This document shows positions 18,168-28,200 of a stretch of 37,286 nt of DNA, one piece after another. Position 1 is the first letter of the stretch; every line of letters starts with the position of its first letter. Position numbers and translations under genes: made by a program. The notes beneath the pieces were generated by a model. The model did not search any database. It was not told the origin of the DNA and saw nothing but the letters and a program-made list of their open reading frames with translations. Origin of the DNA: a virus (Duplodnaviria; Caudoviricetes); IMG/VR virus record IMGVR_UViG_3300020042_003680, positions 1 through 37,286 of that record; one strand, 5' to 3'.

Positions 18168-19718
18168 ATGTGCGAATCTGCTGCTCCTACACAACCAACT
18201 AGCGTTAGCCAGACCACATCCAACATCCCGGACTGGGCGATACCTTACGCCACTAGGAACCTTGGGAAAGCGGAAGCCCTGACGGATATAAATCAGAACC
18301 CTTACCAGACATTCCAAGGCAACCGCGTTGCTGATTTCAACCCGTTGCAAAATCAAGCGTTTACCAATGTAGCCGGAATGCAAACCAACGCCGGAACTGG
18401 TAACGCAATGAATCAGACGCAGGACGCTTACAACCGTTCTGCAAATGCGGGTCAATACAACGCGCAAAATTTTGGCAATCAGTATGGTTCTGGGCAACCG
18501 TTTCAAAATTTAGGGCTGGGGTATTTGTCGGCAAATGCACCGAATTTAAACCAATACCAGATGGGCCAAGCGCAGCAGGTTCAGAACCAAGGGCTGAACC
18601 AATACCAGATGGGGCCAGCAGATCAAGTTAATTCACAAAACTTCGGTCAGCAGTCTGCACAAGACTATATGTCCCCTTACGCTCAACAGGCTATCGACCC
18701 CACCCTGCGTGAGAACCAGCGGCAGTTTCAAATTGCCAGTACAGGACGGCAAGCGGCTGCAACACGGGCAGGTGCATTTGGTGGTTCCCGTCAAGCCATT
18801 GAGCAGTCTGAAGCACAGCGCAACCTTGGAAGGCTCCAGAGCGATACCCAAGCAGTGGGTATGCAGAACGCTTACCAGAACGCACAGCAGCAATTTAACG
18901 CAGACCAAGCCCGTAGGCAGCAATCAATGTTGGCTAACCAACAGGCAGGGCTTACCACAGGACAAGCCAACCTTGGATCGGCTTTGCAGACTCAAGGACT
19001 TGGAGCGCAACAAAACCTCCAGTCTCAACTTGCTAACCAACAGGCTGGTCTTACTACAGGTCAAGCTAACCTTGGGTCAGCCTTGCAAACACAAGGGCTG
19101 GGTTCGGGGCAAAGTATGCAAGCCCAACTTGCCAATCAAAGTGCATATGGTCAGATGCAGGGTCTGGGTATGCAGCAAAACCTGTCGGCAAACCAACAGG
19201 CAATGCAGAACGCACAGCTTCGCGCACAGTATGGGTTGGCTGGACAGCAAGCTGGAGAACAGTCGCGGCAGTTTGGTGCTAACTTTGGGCTTCAGAACCG
19301 TCAACAGGCACTGGCAGCGGCGGGACAGTTGGGTGCTTTGGGACAACAGCAGTACGCGCAGCAGATGGGCATTAACTCTGCCCAGCAACAGGCTGGCGCA
19401 CAGATGCAAGCACAAGAGCAGCAAGGTCTGTCTAACAGGTATCAAGACTTCCTAAACCAGCAGAACTACCCGTACAAACAGCTTGGTTTCATGTCGGATA
19501 TTATGCGTGGAACGCCGACTTCTGGCGGGGCGCAGACTATTTATCAACAACCAGCTAGTTCTGCCAATGCAATAGCCGGTATTTTGGGTGCTGGATATGC
19601 TGGAAGCAGACTTCTTCCAACGGGCGCAACTGGCGGCACAGTTAAAGGGTATAAACAGGGTGGTATGGTTGATTCAATTGGTCTTGGACTTGGCGCATAC
19701 GCACTGGGCAGAACATAA
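18168..19718 (+). CDS. Gln-rich DNA transfer / pilot-type internal virion protein
   Basis: AAGGA RBS; Met-Cys start; YMSPY, AGAFGGSRQA and NYPYKQL motifs; internal repeats. Confidence 0.75.
   Translation: MCESAAPTQPTSVSQTTSNIPDWAIPYATRNLGKAEALTDINQNPYQTFQGNRVADFNPLQNQAFTNVAGMQTNAGTGNAMNQTQDAYNRSANAGQYNAQNFGNQYGSGQPFQNLGLGYLSANAPNLNQYQMGQAQQVQNQGLNQYQMGPADQVNSQNFGQQSAQDYMSPYAQQAIDPTLRENQRQFQIASTGRQAAATRAGAFGGSRQAIEQSEAQRNLGRLQSDTQAVGMQNAYQNAQQQFNADQARRQQSMLANQQAGLTTGQANLGSALQTQGLGAQQNLQSQLANQQAGLTTGQANLGSALQTQGLGSGQSMQAQLANQSAYGQMQGLGMQQNLSANQQAMQNAQLRAQYGLAGQQAGEQSRQFGANFGLQNRQQALAAAGQLGALGQQQYAQQMGINSAQQQAGAQMQAQEQQGLSNRYQDFLNQQNYPYKQLGFMSDIMRGTPTSGGAQTIYQQPASSANAIAGILGAGYAGSRLLPTGATGGTVKGYKQGGMVDSIGLGLGAYALGRT
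18931..19103 (+). repeat. Internal duplication (ANQQAGLTTGQANLGSALQTQGLG x2, 99-bp period)
   Basis: Identical 24-aa peptide with divergent synonymous codons. Confidence 0.85.
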
Positions 19719-22237
19719 TGTTAAACACTATCCCGCAAGACCCGTCCTCTGTAATGAGGTTTGTAGACGGCGCTGATGAGCGTGAGCTTATGTCTATGGT
19801 TTCTGCCAAGAACCCGTACAGCTTTATGGCACTGGCAAAGCTGCAATCCATAAGAGACTTGAAGCTGAAGGAACAGGCTGGACAGCCAAATCCTCCTCCC
19901 ATGTCTGAGCAAATACCGCAGCAGTTGGCACAGCTTGCAAGTGGACAGCCTATGCAACAGCCTATGCAGCCTATGCAGCAACAGCCTATGCAGCCTATGC
20001 AGCAACAGGGTATCGCCAGTATTGGTGGTGAAGCTACTGGGGCTGGCGGTGGGATGGTGTCGTTTACAGATGGCGGTGGTGTAAGAAGGTTTGCAGCAGG
20101 TGGAGTTAAAGATAATCCCTTTATGGTTACTTTTAATGACGCTTTAGAAAAAGAAGGGGTGCTTGGAACGCCATTGGAACCAGTGGTTAGAAGTCTTTTT
20201 CAACAAGAAAGTTCTTCTGGTGCAGATACGCGGACATCTAATGCTGGCGCTGTTGGGGCAATGCAAATTCTGCCCCGAACCTTTGCGTCCGTAGCAGACA
20301 AGGATTGGGACATAAAAGACCCATCACAAAACATGAGGGCTGGAATTCGGTATGCAGGGCAAATGTTTAAACTTGCCAATGGTGATCCCAGCTTAACTGC
20401 TGCTGGATATTACGGTGGCCCCCGTGGTCTGGCAAAAGCTAGGCAAGGCATAGCTGTGTCCGACACAAGAAATCCCAATGCTCCCAATACACTTCAATAT
20501 GGGCAGCAAGTTGCCAACAGAATTCCTGTTGCCGAAAATCAAATCCCACGCGCAAGAATTCCTGATAGGCAACTAACCACAGCAGAAAATGTTGTTGGAT
20601 ATTTAACTGGTTCTGGTTCGGCGTATGGAGCAACTTCCCCTTCAGGGGAGGCTTCAATAGATGAACGTCCGGATGCAAGTGGCATTGCAACTGCCACAGG
20701 GGTTGGACTTGCTGGTGCAGAAGCCATTCGCCGCGTCAATGCAAATCGTGCTGCTGATTTGATTAAATACAATGCACAGCAGAGCATGGTGCCGACAGGT
20801 GCGCCACCTCCAAAACCACCGATAACGGTTGGGTCAGCAACACAATCAACTCTTTCTGGAATAAAAAATGTTGGGTCTGGAATAACGAATGCAGGGAAAT
20901 TTGTAGGGAAATTTGTAGGGAAAACACCAGTGGCTATTGCTGGTTACTCTGCTATTGCGGATACTTTGCCAACACCAACAGAAGATTTTTACACTCGGTT
21001 TGGCATAGAACGTAGCAATTCTGGGCCGAAGATGGAGGCTGCAAAAGACATTGGTGTCCGTGCATTGGGTTTGGGATCGGATATGTTTAACAACATGACT
21101 TTGGGAACTATAGAAAGATTTTTTGCAGACAAATACGATCAAAATACTGGACAAAAAGTAACTGCTAAAAAAGCAAAACAATTAGCAGTTATAGCAAAAG
21201 AGGAAGCAAAGAAAGACGTAGATAAACCGAAGGTTGATATCGCTGAAACTCAAGAATTTCCCGCCGCACTAGACCCAGCTTTACGAGAGATCTTTGGTCT
21301 TCGTGATCAACAAAATGCAGCACTAAAAGAAATTGGGCCAGCTAGAGAAGCACTTTCGACGGCGCTAGAAAAAAGGATTGCAGATTCAAGATTAAATGTA
21401 CAAGATTTTGATATTGCAAAAGGAGATCTAAAAGCGGACAGAACCGCAATTGTAAAAGAATATGAAACTCTATTTCCAAACCCAAACACGGAACTAAGAA
21501 AACAGCTAAATGAGTTACAAAAAGCCCATACACAATCTTCTGAACAAGCCCCTTATCAAGCACTGTTGAAATTCAGTCTTGGTTTGATGGCTAACAAGAA
21601 CCCAAGATTTGGCGCTGCTATTGGCGAGGCAGGTCAACTTGGGTTGGAGGAATACAGTAGATTGCAAGGGTTGAATCAACGCCAAAAAGAAAAACTCTTT
21701 GAATCAGAAGCTCACTTAGCTAACGCCAATGATTTGAGGAGCCAAAATCAATATGCAATGGCTGACAAAGAAGCAAGGCTTGCTCAATCTGCTAGGTTAG
21801 AACTGTTCCAACTTAAACATGATGAAAAGGTATCTAACGCATCATTGGTTTATCAGGTGGCACAAATTAAAGCTGGGGTTCCGGAAGAAAGAGCAAGAAT
21901 GCTTGGTCAGCAATTGACGGCTAATTTGAATATTTATACCACCATGAAGGGGCCGGAACAGTTTCAAATGTTTAAATTGCTTAAAGAAAATTCTGGATTT
22001 GCAGACTATATGCAAGACATCAAAGAGATGGATTACTTTGCCAAAGTTGCAGTTACCGCACAAAGACAAGTGGATGAAAATTTAAAAATACAAGCCGCCG
22101 CTGGCGTTGATATTTCAAAAATTAACATTCAAGATGAAGTTCAAAGAACAATTGAATCAGCTATGCGTTCGTATAAAGCATATCAAGCTAAACAAGCTGA
22201 AAGCAAGAAACCACCTGTTCCGGTTACTGGAAAATAA
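19718..22237 (+). CDS. Internal virion protein with soluble lytic transglycosylase (SLT) domain and coiled-coil C-terminus
   Basis: QESS...SNAGAVGAMQILPRT...N..AGIRY...AAGYYGGP SLT motifs at about 20130-20520. Confidence 0.85.
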   Translation: MLNTIPQDPSSVMRFVDGADERELMSMVSAKNPYSFMALAKLQSIRDLKLKEQAGQPNPPPMSEQIPQQLAQLASGQPMQQPMQPMQQQPMQPMQQQGIASIGGEATGAGGGMVSFTDGGGVRRFAAGGVKDNPFMVTFNDALEKEGVLGTPLEPVVRSLFQQESSSGADTRTSNAGAVGAMQILPRTFASVADKDWDIKDPSQNMRAGIRYAGQMFKLANGDPSLTAAGYYGGPRGLAKARQGIAVSDTRNPNAPNTLQYGQQVANRIPVAENQIPRARIPDRQLTTAENVVGYLTGSGSAYGATSPSGEASIDERPDASGIATATGVGLAGAEAIRRVNANRAADLIKYNAQQSMVPTGAPPPKPPITVGSATQSTLSGIKNVGSGITNAGKFVGKFVGKTPVAIAGYSAIADTLPTPTEDFYTRFGIERSNSGPKMEAAKDIGVRALGLGSDMFNNMTLGTIERFFADKYDQNTGQKVTAKKAKQLAVIAKEEAKKDVDKPKVDIAETQEFPAALDPALREIFGLRDQQNAALKEIGPAREALSTALEKRIADSRLNVQDFDIAKGDLKADRTAIVKEYETLFPNPNTELRKQLNELQKAHTQSSEQAPYQALLKFSLGLMANKNPRFGAAIGEAGQLGLEEYSRLQGLNQRQKEKLFESEAHLANANDLRSQNQYAMADKEARLAQSARLELFQLKHDEKVSNASLVYQVAQIKAGVPEERARMLGQQLTANLNIYTTMKGPEQFQMFKLLKENSGFADYMQDIKEMDYFAKVAVTAQRQVDENLKIQAAAGVDISKINIQDEVQRTIESAMRSYKAYQAKQAESKKPPVPVTGK
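19946..20008 (+). repeat. Coding minisatellite (QPMQ repeats)
   Basis: cagcctatgca occurs five times. Confidence 0.85.
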
Positions 22238-22239
22238 CT

Positions 22240-25200
22240 ATGCCGACAATAATTGAAGGCCCAACCGGAAGAAGGTTTCAATTTGAGGCTGATATACCAG
22301 AAGCCCGTGCATTTGAACTAGCCAAACAACAGTACCCGGAACTGTTCCCAGAAGCAGTTAAGGCTCCGGTTCCTGCAAAACCAGAACCGGGAATAGCTTC
22401 AGAAATAGGAAGCATCCTTAAATCTGGTACTGGGCAAGGCATAGCCAGTCTTGGGAAGCTGGGTCAGTACGTTGGTATCGGCGGTAAGGACTTGGAGGAG
22501 TACGGTGCTGGTATGACAAAGAGGGCTACAGAAGCCCTTAGTCCCGGCACACAAGCCGCCTTGCAAAGGCAATTCCTTAAAGAGGCTCCTGAAGGTCAGG
22601 GCTTTTTAGGCTATCAGCTAGGCGATGGAAAGCTAACAGACATCCCCGCTCAATTCTTGCAGTCTGTTCCGGTAATGGCGGGGTCTATGGCTGCTGCCGT
22701 TGGTGCCACGGCTTTGGCTCCTGCGTCTGTTGTAGCAGGTGCTGGTACGGGAGTTCTTGGGTTTCTTGGACGGGTAGGTCTAGGCAAGGTAGCAGGAAGG
22801 ATAGTTACCGCTGCTGGGCCGGGTGCTGGTGCTGCCGAAGCTCTTGCTGGGAAGCTGGCAATAAATACCTTGGCAGGTAACGTGACCGAAGGACTTGCTG
22901 CTGCGGGTAGCAGTGGTATAGAGACAGAAAAAGCAATAAATGACTTTGCCAAAGTTAATCCGGATGGGTTCTTTCGGTCGCCTATTGGTCAACAGGCACT
23001 GCAAGACGCTGATGGAGACAAGAAGAAAGCCATTGAACTTGGTGCTTTCAGGGCCGGTAGGAGTGTCGCCGCTCTAACCGGGATATCAACAGCCATTCTT
23101 GCTACTCCGGGATCGGCATTTGAGTCCGTAGCGGTATTTGGTAAGGGTGCAAAGTCTAGTCGTTTACGCAGTGCAATTATGGGTGGTATTGCAGAAGGCC
23201 CACTACAAGAGCTTCCTCAAGGCTCTGCTGAACAGTACATTCAGAACCTGCAAAGAATTCAAGCTGGTGAAGAAATCTCACCCGGCAAAGGTGTGCTTGA
23301 AGCTGGTGTTCAGGGCGCTATTATTGGTACGCCAATGGGCGGTGCTTTAGGTGCTATTACTGGCTCTGGTAAGCCACAGGAACCTAGGTCGCTTGATGCT
23401 CAGTTCCAAGAATTGGCTAACCAGTATCAATCTAAAGGTTTAAACGCTACAACTGCTTACAGTAACGCTGCTAACGACATAGAGAAGTATGCTCAGGCGG
23501 GTGAAACACTCACCGTATACGACAGTCTTGGCAGGGACAGAGATGTAACTATCGTTGGGAAGAGTGATGCAGGGAGGGCTATTGTCGATGTTGGTGGAGA
23601 GGAGTTTGTCCTTGGCAATGAGTACACGGTAAGTAACCCGAATGATGGCAGGTACGGAATAAAGAAGGGTGATGAGTTTGTGGCTTCTTCTGAGCTTAAT
23701 AAAGACGAGGTTACGTCTGCGTCAGAAAACATAGAAAAAATTATTAAACAATTTAATGCTGAGTTTGAACAAACTAAAGTCAAGACCCCAGAACACTATG
23801 CCGCCGAACGGCTTGGAACCGCTTTAGACGCAGCAAAAGAAGTTATAGAAGTTGCAGAGGAAAAGACGCAGGAAGAAGCTGTAAAGCCAAAGGCCGCAAA
23901 GAAGCCAGTTGTAAAGGTTGCTGCTGCACCCCCTGCTGACCCTACCACAGACCCTGCTGCCGCACAGGCTGCTCCTGATGCTGCCGCCCCTGCGGCACAG
24001 GATCCTGCTGCCGCCCCTGCCCCTGCTGCTCCTGCTGCCGCACAGGCTGCTCCTGCCGCCCCTACTGAACAGGCTACTGAGCAAACAGTCTCTGCCGAAC
24101 AACAGGCGGCAATTGATTTTATAGCCGCCGTAGATACAGGTGGTATTCCACTTAACCCATCAAAAGGTAATGCTATTGCAAGGGGGCTAGGGCTTGAGGT
24201 AAACACAAAATCAAAACCAGAAGAAACAATCCAACGTATCCGTGATGCCGTTGGAAGAATTACCCCAACGGAACAGACCGCTGACATACAGGCGGCTATT
24301 GACGCAGCCAATGCTGCTGGGCAAAGAGCCACTACTGAGCAAGAAGATTCTGTTGTTATCGATGAAGACGCGATTGAAGCAGCAGCCGAAGCCCAAGCTG
24401 AAGAGCAAGCCAAGGCCGATGCAGACGCAATCACGGCAGAAAATGCTTCTAAAAATCTTGCAAAAAGTACCAAGGCGGAAGACAGGGCCGCTGAAAAAGC
24501 CGCAAAAAAAGTAGAAACAGATGCGTTTAACGCCGCTGAAAAAGTTAGGCGGAAGATTTACAACCCGTTTGATCGGGCGTTGAATGGCCTTGAGATGATG
24601 AATCCCGACGAAGGAACTCGGGATGATCCAAACCCAGATCATAAAGATATAAAGTCGGCACTTTTAAAGACCGCTAAAAAGCTGCTTGATCTTGGGTACA
24701 TGGATGAGCAGGAGTATTCCGCGTTTACACAAGAAACAAAAACCAAGGGCGCAGACCTTACTGACGGTATCCGCACACTAAGGTATGTGGTTGAGTCTTC
24801 TGTTGGGCAGGGGACGACTCCGAAGAGCAGGGTTTCAGCAAAAGAATCTCGCGCACCTAAAACTAAGAAAGGTACTCCCGCTGCTCAAAACACCTTACGT
24901 CAACTTCTTACTGAGATGCGTAAGACGCGGAATAAGGAATACTACGACAAGGCATTGCCGAGAGTTGCTGCGCTGGTTAAAAAGCGTATGGGTCAACTTG
25001 GGCTTGGCAAGCACATAGAAGAAGATTTTATAAAGTTACTACAGGCTGGAAAAGAAACCAGCGGCGCATACTTTAAGAAAGTAATTAACCTTGCAATTGC
25101 AGGTAAGTCTGACAAGCAGATCATGTCAACTCTTGACCATGAAGCAATTCATGCTATGAGAGCAATTGGCATGATTACGGAAAGTGAATGGAAGAACCTT

Positions 25201-28200
25201 TCAAATCTGGTTGTTAAAAGAGGCTGGCTTAATACTTTTAGGATTGATGAAAGATATGAAGGAAAACTCAATCCAACGACAGACGAGTTAAAAATTTCTG
25301 GGTTGAGCCGTGAAGAATGGATTCAAGAAGCTAAGTATGAAGAGGCTATTTCTGACGCTTTTGCTACCTACGCCAACGGACGTTCCCCACTACTTGGATA
25401 TGATGGAAACGACCAACCAATATATAGGTACAAGAAAGACCTTAACCTAGCCGGTCAGCCTGTCGGAATCATCAACCGTATCCTGAAGATACTGGGCATC
25501 GTTAAAGATGTAGTGTCAGAGGATGCAGTGTTTAAACGTTTTCAAGAGGCTCCCATAGAAGCGGATGCCGATAAACTCAAAGCGGAAGGTGCCTCTCCCA
25601 AACTCAGCGTATCCAAAGCTGATCTTGGACGGGAGAAGACTGGTCAGTTATACGAAGTCTATAACCGCAAGACAGGCAAAGTCGTTGGTGGCCCATACCA
25701 GACCCGTAGCACAGCCCGTAGCGGCGCTGACAGGAATGACAACAAGTACGGTGGATACGCTCACGATGTAAGGGAAGTTGAGCAGAAGGAATTGCCAAAG
25801 ACTGCTAAAAATATTATCCAAAAAACATCGTTTTACAAAGATTTATTACCCGCCTCTGGTTTTAATAGACTTCCAATTGATAGCCAGAGAAACTATAAAT
25901 ATAAATCTGGTCAATCATTTCTAACATTTGAACGTGATGGCGTTCGCGTTGCTTTTTCCTCTGGTCAGAAATTGTATTCTGATAAGCGCGGCGTTGGCGT
26001 TTATCAGGGCGACACAAATGAAAGTGTATTTCACGCTTTAATTGTTGATCCGCAAGAACGTAAAAAAGGTAAAGCAACTAAAGCCTTGATAGATATCATT
26101 CGTTCTGCTGATGAATCAAATACCAACATATACCTTCAACCAACTTCGTTAGACGCTGGAGCTATGACAACGCCGCAGCTTGTAGAATTTTACAAGCGTT
26201 TTGGATTTGAACCGCAAAACAACGAGAAGGTTCTTATTCGCGTTGCAAAAACTAAACCTAAACCATCACCAAAGTTCAGCGTATCCCCCTCAGAGAAGTT
26301 TCCGCGTGTTGGTAAGCTGGTGGATGGACTTACTGTACGGGAACACATTCCAAACCAAAGTTCAATCAGCGCATCCCTTACAGACTACACCTTTGTTCCC
26401 GGTGTGAGAGAGATACCACTTAGTGCGTTCGATCCAGCCTATGTGCCTTCCGTAACGCTTGAAAAGCTAGACAACCGCACACGCAAACTGGCTAACGAAA
26501 TAAAAAACTCTGGTGAAATTAACCCTCTCATAGTTGTGATGGATAGCGAAGGTTTGTATGTCCTTGAGGGTGGTCATCGTTTTGACGCATTGATCGCTTT
26601 GGGGGCAAAATCGTTACCCGCGCAAGTTGTTATTGACGATGAACCAAATTTCAAGCAGAAACCATCACCAAAGTTCAGCGTAGCAGCAAGACTGACGGCA
26701 AAGGAAGAAACTAAACCAGTCTGGTACTCAGCACTTTCCCGTCAGATAGACAAGCTCCCGCAAGATGAGATGACTGCTGCCGAGTGGAAGGCACTGCTGG
26801 TCAAGCCGGAAGAGACTAAGTCCCGTGGTGTTCGCGGCCCTGACAACGTGGTAATTCCCGGCAAATTTATTACTACAAAAATTGAAGCAAGTTCCAAGCT
26901 CCCCGGCGTAAAGATGGCAGAGATCAAGGCGACAGAGATACTGGAGTGGATCGACGCACAGGGTGGCGCAAATGAACTATCTCTTGCTGGCACTGAATTA
27001 GTTAATGCAAGGAGATTGTTTATTGAAAAAGAACTCACTGATGACGGGATCTCTGACGATTTTACTGCTATGTATGGGTATGAGTCTCGCAATACAAAAC
27101 AAAAAACAATGATAGATATGTTGTCGCAGAACGACATCTATTTTAAAGATATGTGGCCCAATGAAAAATTCACTGTTCCAAACAAAGACAAAACAAATCC
27201 GCAAATCTCCAAATCTCAAATCCAACAGTTTCTAGAGAAGGGTGGAGCGAAGTTGGAGTTTCAGGACAAAGTGTTAGGTGGAAAACTTGTTCCAAGTAAA
27301 TTACTAAAAAGATATATAGACGGTCATTCCAGCAGGACAAACCTTACTTCTGCGGATTATGGTTTGCTTGCGATAGAATTGGAATCAAAGGCAAAAACAT
27401 ATAAACCAACGGAGGGTCTGTATCGGCATTACTTTGTACTGTCTGAAGAGGCAACGCAACTTGCTGAAGGAATAGCCTCAACCGGAAGTTCTGCCGAACC
27501 AACCAAATTCTCCGGCTACCAACTCCCCGGTGGCAAGAACTACCGTGAAGCGTTTGTGACGACTCCAAATGTAACTGGCTTAAGAAACAATTATGCGGTA
27601 TTTAAAGGCGATGATGAGTATTACGTTGGTGAAAGGGATACGGGTAATCCAATATCAAGAATGTTTGCAACACAAATTGCGGCAGAAAATTCTTTAGAAG
27701 ATTTTAACAGAGTGGGAAATGCGTCCGGCAGTTGGAAAGACGGTCACCCATCCTACTCAGGCATTGATAACCCAGTAGTCCGCATCCGCTTCAATGACCG
27801 CACTGACGTTGACGGCAATAAGGTTTTGTTCTTAGAGGAGCTACAGCCTCCTAACAATCCAGAATTCCAGAAGATGCCTAAGTCTCTTCAAGACCGTTGG
27901 CTTGCTATCGGTCTTAAACGGATGATCCGCTATGCCGCCGATAACGGGTACGACAAGATTGCATGGACTACTGGCGAACAGCAAGTCATGCGTTATGAGA
28001 ATGCACTACGAAAACAGGTTGACTCCATAGAGTGGGAGAAGACACCGGAAGGGGTGCATATCAGGGGATACAAACTAGAAAACACATCACGCCGACCACT
28101 CATTGGGGACGAGGCGCTGATTGAGCAAATAGATGCTGACCGCGACAGACTGGTAGCTCTACATGGTGATCCGCGTGATATGGCTACAGTGCAACGCCGT

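Noticed and set aside
18709-19455. 248-aa alternative-frame ORF inside the Gln-rich gene
   Set aside because: Explained by CAG/CAA-rich codon bias depleting stops in the shifted frame; no motif.
20893-24090. Short repeats (agggaaatttgt tandem at 20893; Pro/Ala-rich tract at 23920-24090) as regulatory sites
   Set aside because: They are in-frame low-complexity linker expansions with no independent support for a DNA-level role.
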